This document shows, piece after piece, positions 17,192-25,228 of a stretch of 32,000 bases of DNA. Source of the DNA: Thermofilum adornatum (GTDB taxonomy: Archaea > Thermoproteota > Thermoprotei > Thermofilales > Thermofilaceae); NCBI RefSeq assembly GCF_000446015.1, contig NC_022093.1:780001-812000 (forward strand), in the 5' to 3' direction. Below the pieces are notes generated by a model. It saw only the letters and a program-made list of their open reading frames with translations. It was not told the DNA's origin and searched no databases. Made by a program: the position numbers and the translations under genes. How positions within the stretch are numbered: position 1 is the stretch's first letter; the number at the start of each line of letters is the position of its first letter.

Positions 17192-18493
17192 ATGTCGGAA
17201 AAGAAGCCCCACTTAAACCTAGTAGTGATTGGACACATAGACCATGGTAAGAGTACACTGATGGGTAGATTCCTATACGAAATGGGAGCAGTAGACCCTA
17301 GGTTGCTACAGCAGTACGAAGAAGAGGCCAAAAAGCTCGGCAGAGAGACCTGGAAATATGCATGGGTCCTTGACAGGCTGAAGGAGGAGCGTGAAAAGGG
17401 TATCACTATTGACCTTGGTTTCTACAAATTTGAGACCAAGAAGTACTTCTTTACACTGATTGACGCTCCCGGACACAGGGACTTCGTAAAGAACATGATC
17501 ACTGGCGCAAGTCAGGCAGACGTCGCAATGCTTGTCGTGTCTGCAAAGGAGGGAGAGTTTGAAGCAGGCATCAGCCCTGCTGGTCAGACACGTGAACACG
17601 TGTTCCTCGCCAAGACGATGGGAGTAGACCAGCTGGTTGTTGCAATAAACAAGATGGACACTGTTAACTACAGCCAACAGAGGTATGAGGAGATTAAGAA
17701 TCAGCTTGTAAAGCTCCTGAGGATGGTCGGATACAAAGTTGACGAGATACCCTTCGTGCCAACATCTGCCTGGGAGGGAGTAAACATAACTAAGAGGACT
17801 CCTGAGAAGACGCCTTGGTACAATGGTCCATGCCTACTCGAAGCGTTTGACATGTTCAAAGAGCCCCAGAGGCCCATCGACAAGCCGCTCAGGATTCCAA
17901 TACAGGACGTCTACAGCATTAAAGGTGTAGGAACAGTCCCAGTTGGACGTGTAGAGACAGGTGTCCTCCGCGTCAACGACAAGGTTATCATTAACCCGCC
18001 CAAGGTAGTTGGCGAAGTAAAGTCTATCGAGACACACCACACACCGCTACAGGAAGCCATACCTGGAGACAACATTGGATTTAACGTTAAAGGCGTTGAG
18101 AAGGCTCAGATAAGGCGTGGAGACGTAGTTGGTCACACAACTAACCCACCAACCGTGGTCGAGGAGTTCACTGGACGTATATTTGTTCTATTCCACCCGA
18201 CAGCTATAGCCGCGGGGTACACGCCAGTGCTCCACGTCCACACAGCAACAGTCCCAGTTACCTTTGAAGAGCTACTCCAAAAGCTAGACCCACGCACCGG
18301 TAGCGTTGCAGAGGAGAAGCCACAGTACATAAAACAGGGCGACTCTGCCATTGTACGCTTCAAGCCAAGAAAACCCGTCGTGATTGAGAAATACAGCGAG
18401 TTCCCACCGCTAGGCCGCTTCGCAGTGCGAGACTCTGGCAGGACAATCGCTGCTGGAGTAGTCATCGACGTCAAGAAGGCTGAAGGATACTAA
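17192..18493 (+). CDS. tuf: translation elongation factor EF-1 alpha
   Basis: ATG at 17192 gives MSEKKPHLNLVVIGHIDHGKST. G-domain motifs DAPGHRDF and NKMD are present. The upstream 26 codons of the track ORF are not EF-like. Confidence 0.95.
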   Translation: MSEKKPHLNLVVIGHIDHGKSTLMGRFLYEMGAVDPRLLQQYEEEAKKLGRETWKYAWVLDRLKEEREKGITIDLGFYKFETKKYFFTLIDAPGHRDFVKNMITGASQADVAMLVVSAKEGEFEAGISPAGQTREHVFLAKTMGVDQLVVAINKMDTVNYSQQRYEEIKNQLVKLLRMVGYKVDEIPFVPTSAWEGVNITKRTPEKTPWYNGPCLLEAFDMFKEPQRPIDKPLRIPIQDVYSIKGVGTVPVGRVETGVLRVNDKVIINPPKVVGEVKSIETHHTPLQEAIPGDNIGFNVKGVEKAQIRRGDVVGHTTNPPTVVEEFTGRIFVLFHPTAIAAGYTPVLHVHTATVPVTFEELLQKLDPRTGSVAEEKPQYIKQGDSAIVRFKPRKPVVIEKYSEFPPLGRFAVRDSGRTIAAGVVIDVKKAEGY

Positions 18494-18562
18494 ACATCCA
18501 GGCTGTTTCTTTTTAGCGAAAAGTAAATAAATACATGTTTTTCACTTTTTTGGGCGATCTGT

Positions 18563-18871
18563 ATGCCGAGCAAGGTTCGTATCCGTCTCAGTAGCACAAA
18601 CATAGAAGACTTGAACGCCGTATGCGAAGAGATACGGCAGATAGCGCAGAGGACTGGTGTAAAGATGAGGGGACCAATACCGCTACCCGTCCAAAAGCTT
18701 AAGGTGGTTACGCGTCGCGCACCCTCGGGGCAGGGCTATGAAACCTTTGACAGGTTCGAGATGCGTATCCACAAGCGACTGATAGACTTGGATGCGGACG
18801 AGAGGGCTACGAGGCTTCTGCTGAGAACCCGTGTTCCTCCATCTGTCAGGGTAGAAATAGAGGTAATTTAG
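18563..18871 (+). CDS. rps10: 30S ribosomal protein S10
   Basis: The product is 102 aa (KVRIRLSSTNIEDLNAVCEEI...GPIPLP...RRAPSGQGYETFDRFEMRIHKRLIDL). It is in the conserved position after EF-1alpha. Confidence 0.9.
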   Translation: MPSKVRIRLSSTNIEDLNAVCEEIRQIAQRTGVKMRGPIPLPVQKLKVVTRRAPSGQGYETFDRFEMRIHKRLIDLDADERATRLLLRTRVPPSVRVEIEVI

Positions 18872-19000
18872 CCAGCGAATCTAACACAAAATTCTCTAGT
18901 CGTTCCGGAGATATTTTCCCCGAATCCCATAATCAGTCAACGTCAATGTACTGCGAAAAAAATTAATAGTATCTCTAAGACTTGTAGAAAGATAATCAAT

Positions 19001-19077
19001 GGGCCCGTAGCGCAGTCAGGAAGCGCGGCGGCCTCCTAAGCCGCAGGTCCCGGGTTCGATTCCCGGCGGGCCCGCCA
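19001..19077 (+). tRNA. tRNA-Arg (anticodon CCT), CCA encoded
   Basis: The cloverleaf was read by hand. Acceptor is GGGCCCG/CGGGCCC and D stem GCGC/GCGC. Anticodon arm is GCGGC-CTCCTAA-GCCGC, T arm CCGGG-TTCGATT-CCCGG, discriminator G, then CCA. Confidence 0.9.
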
Positions 19078-19086
19078 TTCGGCGGG

Positions 19087-19632
19087 TTATTCTACATATT
19101 CAATGGTTATCTGTGTGGCGCTGTTTGGCCTGTCTAGGACTGTGCTTGTTCCTTGTGGATCGTCTATGATTACTGTGTAGGACGTGCCTGGGTCTAGTGC
19201 TTGTGCTATTTTTTCTTGTGCCTGGGAGGTGTCGGTCTGTGCGAGTATTTCTATTCTTTTGAGTGCATCGATAAAGAGATGTAAAATGCCTTCTATGTTT
19301 GTTATGAACATTTCGGCATCTATTCCTGGCCTGAGTTCGAGGCCTAGTTCTGGTATGTAAATTGTTGCTGTTGGGGATCTTAGGATCTTTGTGTAGAGGT
19401 CTTGGGTTTTCTCTATCCTTATGTATATCCGCTGGTGTTTCTTTATGTTGAGTGGTATTATGTCGTTTTTCTTGTAGCCACAGCGTGTACATTTTTTCGA
19501 GATTATCAATGCTTTTCCGATGTGAGGTAGCTCGTATTCAACTTCTCTTACGTGCATTCTGCCCACAATACATATGGGGCACTCTGTTTCGTACTCATCT
19601 ATGATTTTTCCATAGATTGTTATGTCCTCCAT
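19087..19632 (-). CDS. ZPR1-type zinc finger protein
   Basis: CPICIVGRMHVREVEYELPHIGKALIISKKCTRCGYKKNDI is a C4 ZPR1 finger, followed by the beta-rich A-domain-like segment. Length is 181 aa. Confidence 0.75.
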   Translation of the reverse strand: MEDITIYGKIIDEYETECPICIVGRMHVREVEYELPHIGKALIISKKCTRCGYKKNDIIPLNIKKHQRIYIRIEKTQDLYTKILRSPTATIYIPELGLELRPGIDAEMFITNIEGILHLFIDALKRIEILAQTDTSQAQEKIAQALDPGTSYTVIIDDPQGTSTVLDRPNSATQITIEYVE

Positions 19633-19679
19633 TTCATCACCACTTATTTTATAGCCTTGTTGCCTAAATATCTTGGCGC

Positions 19680-20072
19680 ATGGTCATGGCGAAGGATGAA
19701 AAAGAGTTACTATCGAAGATGGCTTCTCTGTTAAAGTCTGGAGCAACAATGCTGGATATGATGTGTCCTACTTGCAAGGTTCCACTTTTCAAGCTGAAGT
19801 CTGGGGAAGTTGTTTGTCCCAAGTGTGGACAAAGATTTGTTATCGTGTCTAGCGACGAAGAGGAGAGCCGGGTCAAGGCTGACATGGTGCTGTCAAGCCT
19901 AGAGCAGGCCGCAGTACAGAAGATTAATTCTCTGATCATGCCATTGTCGACTTCTGAGACCTTTGAAGAGCTGACGGAGATTGGTCGGGCCCTAATAACA
20001 TTGTTGCAGGTTATACAGCTTTCACGTCAGATTAGGGGAGCTGAGAAGGGTGTGGCAGAGAAGGGGAAATAG
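19680..20072 (+). CDS. UPF0148 / SSSCA1 (autoantigen p27)-like zinc-ribbon protein
   Basis: SLLKSGATMLDMMCPTCKVPLFKLKSGEVVCPKCGQRF fits the family pattern as I recall it. The C-terminal region is helical. Confidence 0.6.
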   Translation: MVMAKDEKELLSKMASLLKSGATMLDMMCPTCKVPLFKLKSGEVVCPKCGQRFVIVSSDEEESRVKADMVLSSLEQAAVQKINSLIMPLSTSETFEELTEIGRALITLLQVIQLSRQIRGAEKGVAEKGK

Positions 20073-20757
20073 CGAGAGATATGTGATTTATAGCGAGGAG
20101 CATTGGGAAATCCTCAATGCGTTGCGTAGGAGAGCAGTGGAGGTCTTGACATGTCTTGAGGCTCTGCGACCGGAGCCATGTGTGGTTGGAAGTGTGGCTA
20201 GGGGCGATGTTCACAAGGATAGCGACATAGATATATTCTTTGAGGAAGAAGTGGCCCCCTCCATTGTATTGACTAGGATGGACATTTGTAGACTGGAGCT
20301 GTTATGGTACGAGGTTATTTGGGCGAGTCCATCTACGGCTGTGAAGCTTGTTTTCCAGCTAGAATTCAATGTAAAGATTACAGTTCCTTTGAGCCCTTTA
20401 ACGCCAGCCGAGAAAGAGTTTCCTCTATATGCTGGTAGGGTGTTTCTAGCAGATATACGGAGGGGTCAGAGGGTTCCCGGGGTTAACAAGTTTCTTCAAT
20501 TTATCCAGCCGACGAGGGAGGGCCACATCGAGTGGTATATTGTTGGACGGGAAGAAGAGGTTGCCAGGAGGCTTGGCGTTTCTCTTGCGACGGTGCTTGA
20601 GAGGAAGCATTTCCGTCTAAAAAGGTTGAGGGAGGGTAAAAGCGGCTTTATTGTGCATGGAAAATTTGACCCAAGTTATCCGGTAGAGAAGGCTGTGCGG
20701 GAGCTTGCAGAGAAAAATTCGCTTCTGCGGAGAAAAATTTCGGATAAATTTTTATGA
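20050..20757 (+). CDS. nucleotidyltransferase-fold (Pol beta / MNT-like) protein with extended C-terminal region
   Basis: GSVARGDVHKDSDIDIFF is the GS-x(n)-DxD minimal NTase signature. The C-terminal EEVARRLGVSLATVLERK looks HTH-like. The start is uncertain: GTG 20050 overlaps the upstream gene, and GTG 20083 is the alternative. Confidence 0.65.
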   Translation: MWQRRGNSERYVIYSEEHWEILNALRRRAVEVLTCLEALRPEPCVVGSVARGDVHKDSDIDIFFEEEVAPSIVLTRMDICRLELLWYEVIWASPSTAVKLVFQLEFNVKITVPLSPLTPAEKEFPLYAGRVFLADIRRGQRVPGVNKFLQFIQPTREGHIEWYIVGREEEVARRLGVSLATVLERKHFRLKRLREGKSGFIVHGKFDPSYPVEKAVRELAEKNSLLRRKISDKFL

Positions 20758-20811
20758 GGAGTTGCGAAGGCTTTTTAACGTTAAATGTCTATGGAGAAGT
20801 TAGATGATGAG

Positions 20812-20819
20812 GGAGGTGA
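20812..20819 (+). promoter_or_regulatory. Shine-Dalgarno-like site for the helicase gene
   Basis: GGAGGTGA lies 12 nt upstream of ATG 20832. This suggests the helicase is an internal cistron translated by SD-dependent initiation. Confidence 0.5.
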
Positions 20820-20831
20820 TCTCAGACAAAA

Positions 20832-22712
20832 ATGACGACTAACTATGGGGGGCTGACTGCGCCCAATATTTCCTTTTTTAAGAGGAGGGGGTTGTCCGAG
20901 GAGGAGTTCCAGGAATTTTTGAGGCTGGCAAGGGAGATTGCCAATTATAACCCAGAGGAAAAAAGCTGGTCTATTTCTCCTGAAAAACTGGAGAGAAAGG
21001 ATAAGGGGGAAGTGGCAAGAATTCTGGCTAGGCTTAAAAGACTATCTACTCTTGGGGATAGGGAAGTGTCCCTTGTATTGTCCATGTTGGATGACTTTAA
21101 ACAGAAGGCTAGGATTGGTCCTGACTTGAGGCTTCTGGGTATTCCTGGAAGCCTGTTAGACAAGCTAGCGGGTGACAGTGAGCTAGGAGAGGCCGTGGTA
21201 TTTGATGGCGGGAGTCTAAGGCTGAAGTCTGTGATGTTTGTCCAAAAGGTGGTGGAGCTTCTCCGTGAGAAGTACGGCTTAGAGGTGGATTTTGACAGGG
21301 GTCTTTTAAAGGTGGAGGTTAGAAGGGAAAATGGTGAACTTGTCTGGAAGCTTAGCTATTTGGACAAGTTGCTTTTTTCCAAGGTTTCCGAGCTTGGCAC
21401 GCTTAAATATTACATTGAGAAAGCTGTTTTAAGCGGTGAGGGCGAGTTTGAGGGCACAGAGCTTGTAGAGAGGAGAATAAGGGTTGTCCGGGTAGACTGG
21501 CACAAGAAAGAGTTCTTTACCCCTGTTGCTCTTCTCGACAAATTTGAGAAGTTTTTCCATGATATTGGCTTTTCGGTGACAAGGGTTTTCGAGGAAAGGT
21601 CCCCTATCTCGATCACTATGCAACGTAATTTCTCTCTCTTGCCGCATCAGGAAGAGGTCTACAGGCTTTGGTCTAGGAAGCGTAGAGGCACTGTAGCCAT
21701 TTTTACAAGGGGTGGAAAGTCTTTCATTGCTCTACAGGCAATCCATGATCTGCGTCTCCCAACTATTGTCTTTGTTACTACGAAAGAGCTGTTGGAGACG
21801 TGGATAACCTATTTTGAAAAGTATCTGGGTATTCCGCGTAGCTTTATTGGCGTGCTTGGTGCTGGCGAGCAAAAGATCCGGGATATAACTGTGGCGACAT
21901 ATGCAAGTGCTACTAAGTATATTGATTCGTTAAGGTCACGTTTTGAGCTAGCCATATTTGACGAGGCACACCACGTTCCAGCATCGACGTTTAAACAGGT
22001 CGCCCTACAAATAGATGCGCTGTATAGGCTTGCACTGTCCGCGACTCCTGAGCGTAGGGACAGAAACGAGGCTCTTCTCTTCGAGCTTTGCGGAGAACTG
22101 CTGTACAAGCTCACCTATGAGGATCTTGTATCTTTAAAGGTAGTGGCGCCAATCGAGGTTATGGACGCATTTTTTGTAGAGGGGCCAAAGGAGAAAATAA
22201 AAAAGCTTTTAGATTTGCTGGAGAGACACAAAAATGGGAAAATCATCATCTTTACACAGTATCTCCAGACAGCGAACGAACTTTTCGAAGTGCTGAGACA
22301 AAAAGGCTACAAGGCTGAACTTATAACAGGCGAGACTCCGGAAGCAAAGAGGGAAAATTCCTTCAGGAATTTTGTCGATGGAAGATCAAACATAATCGTA
22401 ACTACTACTGTCCTTGACGAGGGAATAACTGTTCCAGACGCGGACGTAGCCGTTATATACGAGGGGACAGGTGAAGGCAGGCAGATGATTCAACGTATAG
22501 GGAGGGTTCTGGGCTATCTTCCCGGGAAAACCGCAAAAATCTACGAGATCATAGACGTGACAAATCCACGGGAAAAGTCAGCATATAGGCGTAGATCCTG
22601 GGTTCTCGAGCTGTACCGTACCAGGAACCTTGAGGAAATAGTTAGGGCGGTTAAGGAGGGGAGAGAAGACAAGATTAAGCCGAGTTACCAGTATCACCTA
22701 GACTCTTTCTGA
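20832..22712 (+). CDS. SF2 helicase of the XPB/Rad25 (SSL2) type with long N-terminal extension
   Basis: LLPHQEEV matches the Q/LxPxQ motif. Motif I is FTRGGKS, motif II FDEAHH, motif III LSATPER followed by RRD where XPB has RED, motif V TTVLDEGITVPDA and motif VI QRIGRVLG. About 265 N-terminal residues have no motif I recognise. Confidence 0.75.
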   Translation: MTTNYGGLTAPNISFFKRRGLSEEEFQEFLRLAREIANYNPEEKSWSISPEKLERKDKGEVARILARLKRLSTLGDREVSLVLSMLDDFKQKARIGPDLRLLGIPGSLLDKLAGDSELGEAVVFDGGSLRLKSVMFVQKVVELLREKYGLEVDFDRGLLKVEVRRENGELVWKLSYLDKLLFSKVSELGTLKYYIEKAVLSGEGEFEGTELVERRIRVVRVDWHKKEFFTPVALLDKFEKFFHDIGFSVTRVFEERSPISITMQRNFSLLPHQEEVYRLWSRKRRGTVAIFTRGGKSFIALQAIHDLRLPTIVFVTTKELLETWITYFEKYLGIPRSFIGVLGAGEQKIRDITVATYASATKYIDSLRSRFELAIFDEAHHVPASTFKQVALQIDALYRLALSATPERRDRNEALLFELCGELLYKLTYEDLVSLKVVAPIEVMDAFFVEGPKEKIKKLLDLLERHKNGKIIIFTQYLQTANELFEVLRQKGYKAELITGETPEAKRENSFRNFVDGRSNIIVTTTVLDEGITVPDADVAVIYEGTGEGRQMIQRIGRVLGYLPGKTAKIYEIIDVTNPREKSAYRRRSWVLELYRTRNLEEIVRAVKEGREDKIKPSYQYHLDSF

Positions 22713-22783
22713 ACTAGATTACAAAGCGTGCATTAGCAAAAAACTAATAAAGATGTGTTAGTTGTCTTCGAAAGGATAGTGTT

Positions 22784-23404
22784 ATGAGTAGCGCGAAGCC
22801 AAGGACAAAGGACAAATGGTCAATGAAGAAATGGATCAGAGTCCTAGCGCCAAAGTACTTCGGGTTTGCTAATCTAGGACTTATACCAGCGGATGAGCCA
22901 GAAAAGGCTCTCGGGAGGACAATCGAGGTCAGCTTCTATGATATAACTAAGGACGTTTCCCAGCTCCACATAAAGCTAAAGTTCCAAATCGTCAAGGTAG
23001 ACGATGGAATCGCATTAACACAGCTCAAGCAGATGGAAATCACGAGGGACTACATTAGGAGCCTTGTACGCAGGGGCACGAGCAGGGTAGACGCCATTAT
23101 GGATGTCCAGACGAAGGACGGGATCAAACTACGCGTGATGACTATGGCTGTTACGCTTTCAAGGATAAAGACCTCACAGAAGAAGGCTATACGCAAAATA
23201 ATGTTCCAGATTATTGAGGAAAGAGCCTCTCAGCTTGACTTTGCAACGTTTGTTCAGCAGGTTGTCCTGGGAACAATAGCCACGGATATACAGATGCAGG
23301 CCAAGAAGATTTATCCAATAAAGAAGGTGGAGGTCTACAAGCTGAAGGTCTTAACGCCAACCTATGAGATACCAATAGCTGCTCCAGAAAAGATAGTTGC
23401 GTAG
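22784..23404 (+). CDS. rps3ae: 30S ribosomal protein S3Ae
   Basis: KDKWSMKKWIRVLAPKYFG is the S3Ae/eS1 N-terminal signature. Length is 206 aa. Confidence 0.9.
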   Translation: MSSAKPRTKDKWSMKKWIRVLAPKYFGFANLGLIPADEPEKALGRTIEVSFYDITKDVSQLHIKLKFQIVKVDDGIALTQLKQMEITRDYIRSLVRRGTSRVDAIMDVQTKDGIKLRVMTMAVTLSRIKTSQKKAIRKIMFQIIEERASQLDFATFVQQVVLGTIATDIQMQAKKIYPIKKVEVYKLKVLTPTYEIPIAAPEKIVA

Positions 23405-23409
23405 TTTTC

Positions 23410-24408
23410 CTAGGTTTTACTGCATAGTTTTCTAGAAACATAGTTCAATGTTTCGCTGAGTATTAGCCGTTTTTCGCCTTTTTCTATTGTAGCCTTGTTT
23501 ATGCCTGCAGCGCCTTTATGGCCGCCTCCCTCTCCGCCGATTTTTTCAGCTATGATTCTTGCAATTTCTCCAGCGTCGACTCCAATCCTTTGAAGCTCAT
23601 CAGATACCCTCATGCTTGCCCTGAGCTCTTTTTTTCCGCCCACAGCAATAGCAATGTCTGCGCCTGCACTGATCAGTAGCCTGGAGACGCTTGCCTCATT
23701 TGCGCTGACTTCAGTATACGCCACAATGTATCCACAGACATCGATAACAGAGCTTCTGAGAAGCCCCTTTAGTCGAGCAATTTTTTCTGACCTATCGACG
23801 ACTTCTTCAGAGATGGAATCGTAGGCTAGCTTGTAGTCGCCGTTCATGCTGAGGAGCCATGAAAGCGCCTGGAAGGTTCCAATCGTGGCATACTGGAGTC
23901 TCTTCGTGTCGAAGAGGATCCCAGCTATTGCCAGGGACGCCAACGGACCAGATATCTTGGCTTTGCGCTCCATCAATAGCTTTGTAGCTATAATAGTACT
24001 TGCAGGCTCATTTTCAAGGAATGTCAAAACAGCTTTTTCCACAAGTAGCCCAGGGGGAAAGTGGTGGTCGATGATTATCAGCTGGGATTCTGGTTGAAGG
24101 AGCCTGTTCTGGAGATGCTGTAAGAGGAGGGGGTTAGAGAAGTCGCAGAGAACGAACATGTTAGACTCTACGGGGCACTCTTTCTCCCAGTTGATTCCAA
24201 CTTTATCCAGCGTTCTTTTTGTGACTTTGCTTACCCCCTCTGGAAAACAGACTTTTGCGGGGACACCTATTTTCCTAATTAGCTCGGCTACTAGAAAGCT
24301 ACATGCGGCCCCGTCTGGGTCACAGTTAGTATGAGAGGTTACAGTGACTTCTCCGTTGACATTTACGAGAATCTTTTCAAGCTTTGCCAGCTGGTCTTTC
24401 AGAGACAT
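23410..24408 (-). CDS. DHH-family phosphoesterase (NrnA/RecJ-like core)
   Basis: Motifs are HTNCDPDGAAC (DxD), IIIDHHFPP (DHH) and the DHHA1-type GGEGGGHKGAAG. Length is 332 aa. Confidence 0.8.
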   Translation of the reverse strand: MSLKDQLAKLEKILVNVNGEVTVTSHTNCDPDGAACSFLVAELIRKIGVPAKVCFPEGVSKVTKRTLDKVGINWEKECPVESNMFVLCDFSNPLLLQHLQNRLLQPESQLIIIDHHFPPGLLVEKAVLTFLENEPASTIIATKLLMERKAKISGPLASLAIAGILFDTKRLQYATIGTFQALSWLLSMNGDYKLAYDSISEEVVDRSEKIARLKGLLRSSVIDVCGYIVAYTEVSANEASVSRLLISAGADIAIAVGGKKELRASMRVSDELQRIGVDAGEIARIIAEKIGGEGGGHKGAAGINKATIEKGEKRLILSETLNYVSRKLCSKT

Positions 24409-24420
24409 TCTTATCCATTT

Positions 24421-24729
24421 TTATATGCTTTTTACTCCCTTTTTGCGTAGTTCTTCTTCTGCAAGGCTAACGTATTTGTCTATTACCTTGTTGAGCGTAC
24501 TTTCCAGCGTCTTCTTGTCCAAAATTCTTGAACTGACCTCTCCGTTTACTACAAACTGGTAAGGCCAGTCCTCGTCTATCTCTACCTTAAGTGTGACTTC
24601 GAGGCTTTCGTCTTCGGGAAACATGCCGTAGATCTCTGTCAAAATACTCTCCAACATTTTTAGAGATATTTCCTCCAACTCAGAGAGCTTTGGATCTTTT
24701 ACTTGGGCCTTTGTTTCACGACTAGCCAT
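24421..24729 (-). CDS. small acidic hypothetical protein coupled to prefoldin beta
   Basis: The 102-aa ORF has an ATG sharing one base with the prefoldin stop (TAATG at 24727-24731). I recognise no motif with confidence. Confidence 0.55.
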   Translation of the reverse strand: MASRETKAQVKDPKLSELEEISLKMLESILTEIYGMFPEDESLEVTLKVEIDEDWPYQFVVNGEVSSRILDKKTLESTLNKVIDKYVSLAEEELRKKGVKSI

Positions 24730-25067
24730 TATCCTGCTCCTCCAGCCGTTGCAGGCGATCTTAGCTGCTTCTCAAGAGAGGCAAGCCTTTCTCGGAGAAG
24801 TTTTTCACGCTTGGAAAACTCGTCTATCCTAAGTTGGAGCAACTCTTTCTCGGAACTCAGCTCCTTTACTACTTCATCTTTAGGGGTCTGGATAAGCAGG
24901 CTTCCCATAGCCTTGTATACAAATTGTGACTGCGATTGTTCAAGGGTTTTGAGGGTCTTCTCGATCTCGAGGAGTCTAGCCTTGTACTGTTGGAGTGTGA
25001 GGGAGACTCCTCTTAGTTCATCTAGGGTTTGCTGGTATTTTGCCAAAGCAGATTGGTCAACAGCCAT
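24729..25067 (-). CDS. pfdB: prefoldin beta subunit
   Basis: The product is 112 aa with two coiled-coil arms around a central hairpin (FVYKAMGSLLIQTPKDEVVKEL), the typical GimC beta pattern. Confidence 0.85.
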   Translation of the reverse strand: MAVDQSALAKYQQTLDELRGVSLTLQQYKARLLEIEKTLKTLEQSQSQFVYKAMGSLLIQTPKDEVVKELSSEKELLQLRIDEFSKREKLLRERLASLEKQLRSPATAGGAG

Positions 25068-25228
25068 ATGTATTCACCGTGCCTGTATTCTCTAAAACCC
25101 ATGTAAACCATGTATATAAAAGTCTTTGCAAAAGTCGATGTTCTATCCTTGTCCTAGCGGGTGCGCTGAAAGCGCCTGTTACCTCACGCTATTAATTTAT
25201 ACCTAGAAATGGACTTCTACATCTTGCT

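Noticed and set aside
18990-19090. A possible integrated element at tRNA-Arg, or at tRNA-Leu/Pro near 30936-31183.
   Set aside because: I looked for a duplicated copy of the tRNA 3' halves (GGTTCGATTCCCGG, GGTTCGAATCCCGG, GGTTCAAATCCCCG) elsewhere in the window and saw none. No integrase-like ORF is present.
20803-20826. GATGATGA followed by GGGAGGTGATCTCAGA looks C-box-like.
   Set aside because: It lacks a proper D box. The G-rich part is a well-placed Shine-Dalgarno for the helicase ATG, and the ATGATGA lies within the short uORF.
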